Origin: Mobula hypostoma
Lineage: Eukaryota
DNA: 64,000 nucleotides
Reading direction: 5' to 3'
NCBI RefSeq assembly: GCF_963921235.1
Contig: NC_086097.1
Span: 164,860,001-164,924,000 of the forward strand
The translations under genes were made by a program, and so were the position numbers. Of the stretch, positions 1 to 13,179 are shown in pieces. Positions within the stretch are counted from its first letter, which is position 1, and each line of letters opens with the position of its first letter. The notes beneath the pieces were generated by a model. That model did not search any database. It was not told the origin of the DNA and worked only from the letters and a program-made list of their open reading frames with translations.

Positions 1-1727
1 AATGTCTCAGCCTATGAGGACAAGCATACCAAATGCACATTTTCCCTCTGTTTCTTTCTCTCACTATGAAGTACTAAGCAAAAATCCTTTAGTTAAACAT
101 CCAAGCCAAAGGAAAGACCATTCCATAGTTATCCTGATGAACACTCTGTGAACCTTGTGGCTTTCATTGAGATAATTTTGTATGTTTCAACAATTTTTAT
201 GTACAGAGAGCTTCACTTGAACATCAACATCTTTGCCTGTTATGGAATTATGGAGTACCTGGAGTGAGGTGAAGGGTGCAGGTCTGAATGTGAGGGCTGC
301 GGATAATATGGAGGGTTGAGTATTAGGTACAAGGCTGATATGCGGTAGAAGGCTTGAATTACTGGCATCTGCATCAAGCCTGCAAACTGAGATCAGATCA
401 CACTGCAGCAGGAGAACATGTTACCTAGCAACACAAGGTGTGTTCTACAGAATAAGGAATCAAACAGGAGGAGAAATAGATGAAAAATTTAATATTAAAC
501 TAAAAAGGACATTTTTGGCCTCAAGGAAGAAGACTAGCAAGAAGGTAATTGCTTATTTTTTAGCTTAAATGCCAAACTGGGAATTTCAAATCCTGCTAAA
601 TAATTGAAATTAAAGTCTACTTTTTCCAGCCAACAGGACCAACAATGTTCATGAGGCAATGGCCCAGAGTCAAGGAATAATCCAGGTGATAATTTAGGAA
701 AATACAGGCCAATGATCTCTTTCTGAACTTTGGTTAAATTGTCAGTAAAGCATGTCATAATTTCAGACACAGCACAAGTTTAATATGTGACAGCAAAGCT
801 GGGAGAGTGAATTTCTGACGTGCAGTGCGATATTAGGCTTCTGCGGAGTATAATATTGAAGTGGATTTATCTGCATTTGGAGTAAATATACTTAATCACC
901 TCTTTGATTTACAAGAGACAAGTTAGGTCAATCCAATGAACTCTCCAAGGAATCTTGATGTTAGTCCCACCAGCTAGGAGTCAGATCAGTGTTGTTCCTT
1001 AGAGAAATGACAGGTGCTAGGAATAAAAGGTGGTATCTCAAAAGCTATCATGCAGGGAAAAAAAGCGTGACAAAATTAAATGCTGCAGAATTTTGGAATT
1101 CAGCTAAAAGAGTAGGGAAGTAATTGATGAGGAATCATGAAGCAAAATGCATGAAGTTTCAGGAAATACTAGTGTACCAGCACTAAACTGCAGTGGACTC
1201 GCATGGGGTCACTGACACTTCAGTTATATTTAGGAACTGTCTGACTTAAACATTGAAGGGTAGAACTTTACAACGCTGAAAGCCATTTGTCAACCATAGC
1301 TGTGAGAAGATCCATCCAAAATTCCCTTTATAGGTTTTATTGTTTGTGTCAACCACACACTGTGGCAAATTATGCTCTAACACCTCCCTCTGTAAATAAA
1401 TCCCACCTCCCAACCTATTTCCACACTCTCAGTTAAAATCATCACTGAATTCTCAGATAGAAAATTACCACTCTCAAAACCCATCATCAGTTAAAAAAAA
1501 TCAACTAAATCTCTAAGCCTATTGTTAATGAATATTCACAATAGCTGCAGTACAAAAAGTTTTTGATTGGTTGAGAAGAGTTTTTTTGATTTGAAGACAT
1601 GGAGCTCTTTCTTCACAATCCTATCACCATCTTTACGCAGCTTTGTTGTATGCTCTCCATAAGTGATCCAACTTCAATAATTATATTGTTTAGTTCAAGG
1701 TTATAATTTCATTATTGCTCATACTTA

Positions 1728-2288
1728 CACTCAGTGGCAACTTTATTAGGTACCTCCTGCTCCTAATAAAGTGGCCATTGAGTGTATGTTCATGGTCTTC
1801 TGCTGATGGAGCCCATCCAGTCCAAGATTTGACGTGTTGTTTATTCAACAATGCTGTTCTGCACACCACAATTGTAACACGTGGTTATTTGAGTTACTGT
1901 CACCTTCCTGTCAGCTTGAACCAACATGTCCATTATCCTCCGACCTCTGTCATTAACAAGATATTTTTGCCCACAGAACTGCCACTCACAGAATTTTTTT
2001 TGTTTTTTGCATCATGCTCTGTAAAGTTTAGAGAGTGCTGCACATGAATATCCCGTGATATCAGCAGTTTCTGAGATACCCAAACCACCCCATTTGATTC
2101 CGACAATCATTCCATGGTCAAAGTCAATTAAATCATACTTCTTTGCCATTCTGACATTTGATCTGAACAAAATCTAAACCTCTTGAGCACATCTGCATGC
2201 TTTTATCCATTGAGCTGCTGCCACATGATTGGCTGATTAGAAATTTATATTAGCAAGCAGGTGTACCTAATAAAATGGCCACTGAAGG
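1728..2288. mobile_element. Non-autonomous Tc1/mariner-type DNA transposon (MITE)
   Basis: Left TA + CACTCAGTGGCAACTTTATTAGGTAC; right end GTGTACCTAATAAAATGGCCACTGA is the inverted copy; extra internal TIR copy at 1762-1786; no transposase ORF. Confidence 0.75.
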
Positions 2289-3529
2289 CACTGTTACTCC
2301 TTCACAGGATATGGCAGTCACTGGCGAGGCCAACATTTAATGGAGACACAGGAAGCTATAAATGCTGAAATCACTGCTGGAGGAACACTGCAGGTCAGGC
2401 AGCATTGTACAATGAAATGGACAGTTTCAGGACTAGACCATTTGTCTAGACTGAGAGGTAAGATAGCCAGTATAAAATGATGAGGGAAACTCATGCTTTC
2501 ATTTTAAGTATTATTTCATTTGTTTAGAAGGGATAGGGCATAAAACATATCAGGAATATTTTTCAGTGCTGGTTTTATGAGGATAAAGGAATTTGCCAAT
2601 GAAATTTCATGGCATCATTTTACTGACAATTCTCTGTGCACAAGAATGGCTCCACTCAGCAAATTCAGCCTATGAGCAAATTTCATTGGATGTTTCTAAT
2701 TACACTGACTATAAATACACTGTTTGTAATATGAATTAGAGTGTTCTCAGACAGCATAAGAGACGATGTGAGGCGATAAAACAGAAAATAAAAGGTATAT
2801 ATAGAAAGAAAATAATTACTCTGGTCAGGGATTCTGGTATAAATGGGTATGACCTTAAAATCAGAGCTTGTTTGTTGAAGCTCAGTGAGAATGTTGAAGT
2901 TGCTCTGGAGAAGAATTAACTTAAACACGTCTCCATCTGAAAGGGCAAAATGCACATACACATTTCGTACATCTAAGCAAGCATGACACTCTACATGTGC
3001 TTTATAATATCGGGGTGCGAGTAGGCTAATAACCCCACTGGAGACCCCTGCACACACCTTCGATTCTTTCCTTCAGATGCTGAGGCTATATACATTTTTA
3101 AAATGTTGACATTAAGTAACATGATCAGGACGGATGATTCAAAGCGCATCAGCAAATAAGAGCTTTAAAGAAGCATATTGTAGAGGTGGGGTGTGGGGGT
3201 CAGGAGCTGAAGAATAATAAGGAGAGTGGTGTGATGTTTAGGGAGTTTGAGAGCTTAGGGTAGGAATTGGTGACATACAGGTGCTCATAAAAATCAGATT
3301 TCTAGACCGTGATATTTCTACTAATTTGACTACCTGCACTGCATTTTCTCTGAAAATATAATACCTTTATTCTGCATTCTACTTATTTTCCTTCTTGCTA
3401 CGCTGAAGTATTTAGGTACAAAATGATCTGTCTGGATGGCACGCAAATAAAGGTTTTTCCACTGTATCTCATTTTCCAATTACCAGAGGAGAAAATGCTG
3501 AGATAGCTAGAAAGACAAGTAAATGAACA

Positions 3530-3675
3530 GGAGACAAAGTAGGGACACATGAAGCACTGCAGATGCTGGAATCTGGAGCAACAAACTGGAAGTTGGAGGA
3601 ACTCGGAGGAGGCAGAATCCGTGGAGGGAAATAGATCATCGGCATTTTGGGTTGAGACCTTTCATTCAAGTAAGT
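3530..3675 (-). repeat. Old Penelope pLTR fragment with degenerate hammerhead motif
   Basis: CTGCAGATGCTGGAATC...GGAGGAACTC...TTTTGGGTTGAGACCTTTCA resembles the Penelope terminus at 18555-18655. Confidence 0.55.
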
Positions 3676-3777
3676 CAGACCCACGCCTTGAACACATTTT
3701 CAGGTTGGATTTCCCAGTGTGGTGGGGTTTCTGCCTGGTGAATGATGGTTGAGTTGTTCTGCCCAAAGCAGCCAGGG

Positions 3778-4073
3778 CGCCATGGTATCATATCAGTTAG
3801 CATAATGTATTTGTAGCTCAGGCCGTTCCGAGCTTGGAATTCAGTTCCAGTGCTGTCTGTAAGAAGTTTGTACATTCTCTCCATGACTGCCTGGGTCTCC
3901 TCTGGGTGCTCTGATTTTCTCCTATAGTCCAAGGATGTGCTGGTTCGTAAGATAATTGGTCATTGTAAGTTGTCCTGTGATGAGGCGTGTTACATAGGCG
4001 GGTTGCTGGGTGGGGTGGCGGCGTTGGGCCGACAGGGCCAGTTCCACACTGCATCTCCAAATAAATAAATAAT
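3778..4073 (+). mobile_element. tRNA-derived V-SINE (HE1-like), decayed
   Basis: V-domain-like GGGTCTCCTCTGGGTGCTCTGATTTTCTCCTATAGTCCAAGGATGTG; CR1-like 3' end GGGCCGACAGGGCCAGTTCC; (AAAT)n tail. Confidence 0.7.
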
Positions 4074-7000
4074 ATCAGTGGGCCTGCTGAAGTTACCGGG
4101 CTCCCAGGGATAGCCCTTCCCACTGAGGGACACAACTAAGTCTCTTGTCACAGTCCCACATGAAATGTGGGAAATGTAGCCCCACTACTCTATCTCTTAA
4201 CTCTGCAGATCAGTACTCAGACCTGCAACTGATGTGGCTGTGTAAATTTTAAAATCACACTCAGAACCTTGACACGCCCTCAGCTGCCTTGTACTCCCCT
4301 CGGTACATACTATAATCTCAGTACCGATTACATTTGCAAATCGTTACATTTATTTTGCTATTTATTTTGCTGTTTACTTTGCACACACAAGTTATGCATA
4401 ATTAATGGAAATTTAGGTTTATTTTAACTTATGTCTGTCTTCATAGTGTAACGTACTGTGCTGCTGCTGCAAAAAGCCCATTTTCATGGTGTTTATATCC
4501 TGTGTTTGTAGGCTTACGTCAAGAGTAAACTTGAAATCTGGCAGCAAATCTTCAATGCACAACCTGTCTCTTCAGAAACAAATGTGCCACCAACTGGCCC
4601 CAAGCTATTGTGATATCTGTTCCACACAGCTCTGTGGAAATAAATGGAATATTAGTAGTAGTGTATCCAGCTGGTTTGGAGAAGGATGATCAATCGTTTT
4701 TCATAGCAGAAATACCGATGCTGAACACTGTGAATGGAGCAGCAGAGATGTGGATTTCACTCCACAACGGCAGAGCAGAGTGGTCTACAACATACCACAC
4801 GGTGGAGAGGAAGTAAATGGTGCTAACAACGGCTCATAACAGAGCCCTTAGGACTTGCAGCGAATCGATAATTCAACCATCTCCATGAAACTGAGTGCAT
4901 CAGCTGTGCTGAAAATAGTAACTGAGTCAAGAAGCTGAACTCAGCTTCCTGTTGGGTGGTTCACTTTCCAGAGGATCAATGATTGATGTGTATCTGCTCC
5001 GTGACAAGTGTAGCCCGAAACACTGACTGCTATCCATTATTTACTACAATTTTTAGAAGTACAGTCCACATTATTGATCTCATCCATTGATCTCATATTT
5101 TCTCCTTGTTAAATCTTGAAAGAGGCATTTAAAGCATAATATGTTCATGCACGTGTACACATTGGCGTAATCTCAGATAAGCATGCATCAAGAGGCCCAG
5201 ACAGACAAGAATCTGGGATGCTTGTCCTCACTCCACCCCTGGGCAAGTGGCACCACGTTGTCAAATACTGTTTGCTTCACCCATGTGGCTCCAATCTGTG
5301 CAGAAAATTTTAGCGCTAGAGATCAGCAAAGAACAAACGCCAGCAGGGAACCCCAAATGGAACTCGGCACTCTATTGCACAAAAGAAAACAACAGCATAT
5401 GGGAGTGTATAAATGGAAATTTCAGGCTCCAAGTTATTGGGTAAGACCTGGCAACTTGCTCTCACGCTCTTGACTGTGAGTCAAATCCTTCTCTGTGTTA
5501 CTACACAATTTCACATAGCTAAGTTCTGCTTTGCCTGACAGCAGCATTCTTTCAGACTAAATTAATGGCAGTGGGACAGACATTCCTCAGGACATAAGGC
5601 TCCTCTGAAGTGTCCAATGATCACATGCAGCATCTCAACCTAAAAAGCCAACTGTCTATTCGGAAAGTCTTGCACTGAAACATTAAATGTCCATTTTCTT
5701 CCACAGATGTTACCTGACACATTGGTTTCCTCCAGCCTTTGTGTTGCTCCTGATTCCAGCATCTGAAGTGTCTTGTATCTTCAGACTACAGTACCAAGCC
5801 ACCAAGGAGATATTTTGGAAGAGAGGAAAAGAAAAGCAAAATAGCGAAAAGGAGGAGCACTTTAAAGAATGAAAGAGAGAGCAGAAGTGATTTAGGAAGG
5901 GAATGGTGGGGCTTACGGCTGAGATAGCTGAACTCACAATCGAAGTTCAAAGTAAATTTATTATCAATGTACGTACTGAATATGTCACCATACACAACCC
6001 TAAGTTTCACTTTCTTGTAGGCATTCACAGTAAACACAAAGAAACAAAAGAAACCAAACAAAGTAATAATTAATAAATAAATAATATTGAGAACACGAGA
6101 TGAAGGGTCCTTGAAAGTGAGTCCGTAGGTTGTGAGAACAGTTCAGATTTGGTTTGAGTGAAGTGGACTGAAGTTATCCCCTCTAGTTTCAGAGCCCAAT
6201 AGCTGAGGTGCAATAACTGTTCCTGAACCTAGTGATGTGGGTCCTGATGCTCCTGTACCTCCTTCCTGGTGGCAACAGAGAGAAGTGAGCATGACCTGGA
6301 TGGTGGTGTCCTTGACAATAGATGATGCTTTCAAGTGACAGCACTCCATGTAGATGTACTCAGTGGTAGGAAGGGCTTTACTCCTGATGGACTGGGCTGT
6401 ATCCACTACTTTTTGTAGGCTTCTCCATTCAAGGACATTGGTGTTTCCATATCATGCCATGATGCATTGGTCAACATCATCTCCATCACACAACTATAGA
6501 TGTTTGACATGCTGAACCTTCTCAAACTTCTAAGAAAGTAGAGGCACTATCGTGCTTTCTTTCTACTGGCACTTACATGCTGGACCCAGGACAGGTCCTC
6601 TGAAATGATAACGCAGAGGAATTTAAAGTTGCTGACCCTCTCCACCTCTGATCCCCCTGATGAGGACTGACTCAGACCTCCAGTTTCCTCCTCCTGTGGT
6701 CAAGCGATTATTTTGGAGGGGATAATATTATTGAATGCCAAGCTGTAGTCAATAAAGAGCATCCTGATGTATTCATCTTCACTGCCCAGCTGTTCCAGGG
6801 TCGAGTGAAGAGCCAATTTAATGGCACCTGTTGTTGACCTGTTATGACACTAGACAGGTCCAAGTCTTTGTTTGGATTAAGCATTCTTTGTTTGTTTATA
6901 TAATTAATTGTGGGTTATGTGTAAAAGTACGTGAATGGCATATGTCATTTTGCCACCCTGTCATATTTGTGCTTCTCACTAAATAAAAATGAAGCACACG

Positions 7001-7113
7001 AGTATCCTTAGCTCTGTGCTTTTCTTTTAATTAGTTTTATGTTTTGCAGTTATGAAACAGTTGATATGTTTCATCATAAACCTCTCAAAGTACTTCATCA
7101 CAGTGGATGTAAC

Positions 7114-9961
7114 AGAAAGCAATAATTACTGGACTGAATGTGTTGTATTTGAATACATGCAGCATAAGAAAGAAAATGGACGATCTTGAAATTCAGCTAC
7201 AGATTGGCAAGTATGACGTTGTGGCCATTTCTGAAACTTGGCTAAAGGATGGCTGCCATTGGGAGTAGAATGTCCAAGGATATACCGTGCATCAGAAAGA
7301 TAGGTTAGTAGGCAGAGGAGATAGTGTGACTCTGTATACAAGAAATAATATTAAATCATTAGAAAGGGATGACATAGGATCAGAAGGTGTAGAGTCTCTG
7401 TGGGTTGAGTTAAGAAATGACAAGGGTAAAAGGACCCTAATGACAGTTGTATACAGGCCTCCAAACAGCAGCAGGGATGTGGATTACAAATTACAGCAGA
7501 AGATAGAAAAGGCATGTCAGAAGGGCAATGTCTTGGTAATTGTTGGGGATTTTAACCTGAAAGTGGATTGGGAAAACTAGGCCAGTACTGGACTTCGAGA
7601 GAGAATTTGTAGAATGTCTAAGGGATGGCATTTTAGAACAGCTTGTTGCTGAGCCCACTAGGGGATTGGCTGTGCTGGATTGGGTGTTGTGCAATGATCT
7701 GGAGGTGATAAGAGAGCTTAAGGTTAAGGAACCCTTAGGGAATAGTGATCACAATATAATTGAGTTTACTTTGAAACTTCAGAAGGAGAAACCAAATTCC
7801 AATGTATCAGTATTTCAGTGGAATAAAGGAAATTACGGTGGTATTAGAGTGGAACCGGCCACGGTTGACTGGAAAGGGACACTAGCAGGAAGGACAGCAA
7901 AACAGCAAAGGATGGAGTTTGTGCAAAAAATGAGGGAAGTTCAAGACAGATATATTCCAAATAAGAAGAAATTTTCGAATGGAAGAAGCGCACTACCGTG
8001 GCTGACAAGTGAAGTCAGAGTCAAAGTAAAAGCAAAGGAGATGGTATACAAGGAAGCCAAAGCTAGTGGGAAGATAGAGGATTGGGAAGCTTTTAACAAC
8101 TTGCAGAAGGAAACTAAGGAGGTCATTAGGAAGGAATAGATGAATTACGAAAGGAAGCTAGTGACTAATATCAAAGAAGATAATAAAAGCTTTTTTTTTA
8201 AGTATATAAAGGGTAAAAGAGAGTTGAGGTTAGATTTAGGACCAATAGAAAATGACGCTGGAGATGTTGTAATGAGAGATGCAGAGATGGCAGAGGAACT
8301 GAATGCATATTTACATCAGTCTTCACAGTGGAAGACACCTGCAGTATACTGGACAAATTACGACTGAGAAGGTCCTCAGGAAGCTTAATGGTCTGAGGGT
8401 GGATAAATCTCCTGGATCTGATGGAATGCACCCTTGGGTTCTAAAGGAAGTAGCTGGAGAGATTGCAGAGGCATTAGCAATGATCTTTCAAGAATCGATA
8501 GATTCTGGCATTGTACCAGATGACGGAAAAATTGCAAATGTTACTCCGCTATTTAAGAAGGGTAGGAAGCAGCAGAAAGGAAACTATAGACCTGTTAGCC
8601 TGACATCAGTGTTGGAATCGATTGTTAGGGATGAGATTATGGAGAACCTGGAGGCACGTGACAAGATAGGCCAAAGCCAGCATGGTTTCCTGAAAGGAAA
8701 ATACTGCCTGACTAACCTACTGCAATTTTTTGAGGAAATTACAAGCAAGGTAGACAAAGGAGATGCAGTAGATGTGGTGTACTTAGATTTTCAGAAGGCC
8801 TTTAACAAGCTGCCTCACATGAGGCTGCTTAGCAAGATGAGAGCCCATGGAATTACAGGGAAGTTGCTCGCATAGGTGGAGCATTGGCTGATCAGCAGAA
8901 AACAGGGAGTGGCATAAAGGGATCCTATTCTGGCTGGCTGCCGGTTACCAGTGGAGTTCCACAGGGGTCGGTGTTGGGACCGCTGCTTGTTACGATGTAT
9001 GTCAGTGATTTGGACTATGGGACTAATGGATTTGTGGCTAAATTTGCCAGTGATACAAAGATACGCAGAAGAGTGGGTAGTGTTGAGGAAACAGAGAGCC
9101 TGCAGAGAGACTTAGATAGTTTAGGGGAATGGGCAAAGAAGTGGCAAATGAAATACAATGTTGGAAAGTGTATGGTCATGCACTTTGGTGGAAGAAATAA
9201 ACGTGAAGACTTATTTAGATGGGGAGAGAATTCAAAATGCAGAGATGCAAAGGGACTTGGGAGTCCTTGTGCAAATGGTTAACCTCTAAGTTGAGTCTGT
9301 GGTGAAGAAGGCGAATGCAATGTTGGCATTCATTCCAGAGGTACAGAATACAAGAGCAGGGATGTGATGTTGAGGCTCTATGAGGTACTCATGAGACCAC
9401 ACTGAGTATTGTGTGCAGTTTTGGGCTCCTTATTTTAGAAAGGATACACTGACATCAAAGACAGTTCAGAGAAGATTCACGAGAATGAGTCCAGGAATGA
9501 AAGGGTTACTGTATGAGGAACGTCTGGCAGCTCTTGGGCTGTATTCCCTGGAGTTCAGGAGAATGAGGGGAGATCTCATAGAAACATTCCAAATGTTAAA
9601 AGGCCTGAACAGATTAGATATGGCAAAGTTATTCCCCATGGTAGGGGAGTTCTAGGGCAAGAGGGCACAAATTCAGGGTTGAAGGTCGTTCGTTTAGAAC
9701 AGAGATGTGGAGAAATTACTTTAGTCAGAGGATGGTAAATCTCTGGAATTTGTTGCCACGAGCAGCTGTGGAGGCCAAGATCATTTAAGGCAGAGATAGA
9801 TATGTTCTTGATTAGCCAGGGCATCAAAGGGTATGGGGAGAAGGCAGGGGAGTGGGGATGACTGGAAGAATTGGATCAGCCCATGATTGAATTGTGGAGC
9901 AGTCTCGATGGGTTGAATGGCCTACTTCTGCTCCTATATCTTATGGTCTTGTGGTCTTATG
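7114..9961 (+). mobile_element. CR1 LINE, 5'-truncated ORF2 (APE endonuclease + RT), frameshifted
   Basis: VESLWVEL, VVYRPPNS, VGDFN, LGNSDHN, KSPGSDGMHP, NYRPVSLTS, YLDFQKAF, GVPQGSVLGP; (TCTTATGG)n tail; GTAA duplicated at junctions. Confidence 0.93.
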
Positions 9962-10075
9962 GTAAGTGCTACTGGATGATAGTCATTGAGCCAGGTTACA
10001 ACGTTCTTCTTAGGCACTGGTATAATTGAAGTCTGAGAAACCCCTTTTTACGGGGCATCTCCCAAGAAGTGGTTC

Positions 10076-10877
10076 ATTTTTAAATCTTTTTATAAATTAT
10101 TATTGAAAATCGACAACAAAAAAATACATTAAAATAATCACGTCAATATATCAATATGTATAATAAGAGTCAAACTATTAGCCAAGCTAAACAGTATATC
10201 AATAATAAGAAAAAGCAAAATGTTAAAGCTATTTTTTTTTGGAAAAAAGGGAAAAAGGACCCCTGCTAACTAAAAAAAACCCCGCTAACAAAAAAAACGA
10301 GGAAGAAAAACCATTTGGAGCACAAACCCGGAGCTATACGCCATAGAAGCTTCCATAAATCCGCCAACCAAATCCATTTACCCAAGAATCAGAAGGGGAC
10401 GATCTTAATTAACTCAAATCAAATGATAGTAGCAGGCAAAAGAGCCCCACCTTTCCTCAAAGTCAAATTGAGGATCAAAAGTTCGACTTCTGATTTTCTC
10501 CACACTAAGACATAACATCACCTGAGAACCACTGTATCAAAGTGGGAGCAGAAGCATCTTTCCATTTTAATAAAATAGCCCTTCTAGCCAATAATGTAAC
10601 AAATGCAATTACATGTTGGTCTGATATAGAAATACCATGAATATATTGAGGAATTATACCAAACAAAACTGTCAATTTATTAAGGTATAATTTTTAAAGC
10701 TTTAGATATTGTAGAAAAAATAGATTTCCAAAACTGTTTCTATACAGAACACAACCAAAACATGTGTCAATGTAGCTATCTCAGTTTTACATCTGTCACA
10801 CTGACTATTGACATTAGGAAATATTTTAGACAGTCTCTCCTTTGTCAAATAATAACAATGTACAATTTTAAATTTAG
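10076..10877 (-). mobile_element. L1 LINE 3' fragment
   Basis: ORF2 C-terminal Cys-rich motif FKIVHCYYLTKERLSKIFPNVNSQCDRCKTEIATLTH; 11-bp TSD AGAAGTGGTTC at 10065-10075 and 10878-10888; A-rich tail. Confidence 0.85.
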
Positions 10878-10958
10878 AGAAGTGGTTCTTTAGCCCCTTA
10901 TTAGTAGCCACCGGACTCAGTGGTGAAAAGAACCACCTTCCTCAAGCTCCATACATCT

Positions 10959-11312
10959 GGCTAGTTCTATTCCACTTGAAAAAATTACTTATAATTTAAG
11001 AGGTAAATATGTAACATTTTTGAATATTTGGCGCCCTTATTTACAAAAGATAGGATGGCATATTTAAGTGCTCCGATAAAGACTTTGGTCACTTGGGGAA
11101 AGTAACGAATAATTATACCAAATTCATTTTGAATCCCATGGAGCATGTGGAAACCTTCCAATAACCAGGCAGTTCTTTTCTTTTTTTTTCTTTTTCTTTC
11201 TTTTTAGGTAGGACTATATATGGGGGGGGGGGAGGGTTAAGGGGAGGGGGGAGGGTAGATTCTTTTTTTCATGTATTCTTTTTGAAAATTCAATAAAAAT
11301 TATATTAAAAAA
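10959..11312 (+). mobile_element. L1 LINE extreme 3' fragment
   Basis: ASSIPLEKITYNLRGKYVTFLNIWRPYL (L1 ORF2 C-terminus); G-rich 3'UTR, AATAAA, poly(A); 15-bp TSD AAGCTCCATACATCT at 10944-10958 and 11313-11327. Confidence 0.85.
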
Positions 11313-12604
11313 AAGCTCCATACATCTAGGGCCAGTATGACTTGGGTCCCACCAGAACTGGGAAGTTGTGATGTCTCGACCACCCAAATTCCAACCTGTG
11401 TGAAGATTGTCCCCAAGTAATTAGCCGTCAGTAAGAAATAACAGATTGTACACTGCATACAATTATAAGTATATGTAGAGATGTCAGCTTTATCAAACAG
11501 TTAGAAGGAAAAATGAAAGTAAAATTAAAAGGGCCCATTACAGTTAACCCAGTCCAAATATGCACACAATTTGGAGCTCATCTTTAAAGTTGTCTTTACC
11601 TCACACGATGGACATACGGTCTGCAGGAAAACACACACCACCTTCTGAATGCCACTCAAAATCCATTTCAAACAAACAGGCTCCCCCACAGGAGTATTGG
11701 TCCTTCCTCCTTGAAGCCATTCATCTGCACCAAGCACCTTGTGCAACAGGGATGCCATCTTCAGCTACCTTCCCTCCTGTCTTCTCCCAGTCCCTGCCAA
11801 AAAAGACTTCGACCCGCACCAGTGTCCATCACAAAAACCTCTCCACCCAGCATTCTCTTGAAACTTCTCCCAATTCCACCATCCTGATTGGCTGACACAA
11901 CATTCCTAAGTTGAACAATATAGTCCCTTATCTTTAGCTTAAACCCAAACATGCTGCAAGTAGAACAGACTGCTCTTACAGAACTGCTAAAATGAAATAC
12001 CTACAGCATCACAGTAAAAATTTTAACTGGAGGCGTTACACCTGCTTGAAGCAGATGGGTACTGACAAAGTGAGAGGTTAAAGATATTGGTGAAAAAACC
12101 AGCCAGCTGATCAGCACAATCATTGATATAATGGCAACTGAAAGCAAAAAGGGTCAGAATTAAAGGAATTAGAGGCTACAGAGCTGGAGGATGTTACAGA
12201 GGTCAGGAGAAATGAGGTCAGCTCAAGGACACTTTCTATCTCACTTTTATCAGAATCTTGAATGAGCCTCTTGTATAGGAAGATGGAATCTTGACCTCAA
12301 ATCTACCTTATGATCTTGCACTTTATCATTTATCTGCAGTGTGCATTTTTAGTAGCTTTTGCACTTTATTCTTCATTGTTATTGTTTTACATTATTCTTT
12401 CTCAATGTGTAATGATTTGATCTATATAAACAGTATGCAAAACAAGCTTTTCACTGTGTCTTGATACATATGTTAATAATAAACCAATACCAATAAGTAG
12501 CTTCTAATGTACAGGTGAGTTGTAGAATCTGCGGAATGATAAAAAGGTATGCTACAGACTCGATGGGCTGAAGAGTCTGATTCTGTTCTATATCTCCCTG
12601 ATTC

Positions 12605-13005
12605 TAATGAAGATTGAAAGGGTGCAGAGGAAACTTACAAGGATGTTGCTGATATTTGAGAATCTGCGTTGCAAGAAGATGTTGAATAGGATAGGACTAT
12701 ATCCCAGAAGCAAAGGAGAATGAGGGGAGATATTATCAAGGTATACAAAATTATGATATATATAGATAGGCTAAATATATGTAGGTTTTTTTTCCCTATG
12801 GTTGGGAGAGGTTAGAACTGGAGTTCATAGGTTTAATGTGAACATTGTAGCCTTTATGGGAAAATTGAGTGGGGACTTCTTCCCCCAGAAGTTGGTGTGA
12901 GTGTGGAACGAGCGACCAGTGGATGTGGGTTCAATTGCAGCATTTAAGAGAATTTGGATACGTGCATGGACGAGAGGGGTACGGAGAGCTATGCTCTGGA
13001 TGCAG
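12605..13005 (+). mobile_element. Old CR1 3' fragment
   Basis: IERVQRKLTRML and RMRGDIIKVYKIM remnants. Confidence 0.65.
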
Positions 13006-13179
13006 GCTCAGGCATGGTAAGTGTCACTGTCAGAGATGTACCAAAGGTCAGAAAGAGACAATGTAAGGAGCAGCTTCAGGTAAGGCCAGTCTTTCCCAGC
13101 TGCACAGGCACGTTAAGTGTTGGCATCAGAGGCCTAATCTTAACAGCAAGTAAAAGGAAGGTAGGGTCAAGCAGAGTGG

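Larger units (their letters stand above)
10036..12040 (-). mobile_element. Solo LTR (same family as 17719-18544) interrupted by two L1 insertions
   Basis: Reverse complement starts TGTAACGCC at 12040 and ends GGGGTTTCT at 10036; 4-bp TSD TCTG/CCTG inside the Rex element; colinear with 17719-18544 after removing the L1s. Confidence 0.8.
5940..12120 (-). mobile_element. Decayed Rex1/Babar-type LINE, split into pieces (5940-7113, 9962-10035, 12041-12120) by a CR1 and a solo LTR
   Basis: Minus-strand remnant MDTAQSIRSKALPTTEYIYMECCHLKASSIVKD; the P.CFKQ.SIIPVP segment is split by the LTR; same family as 36160-39925 and 51695-52490. Confidence 0.7.

Noticed and set aside
534..770. 78-aa minus-strand ORF
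   Set aside because: The opposite strand has an NPG..YRP-like remnant, suggesting a very old CR1 piece
4610..4816. Possible terminal exon after CACACAG (SVEINGILVVVYPAGLEK..)
   Set aside because: Weak pyrimidine tract, no protein similarity I can recognise, no partner exons
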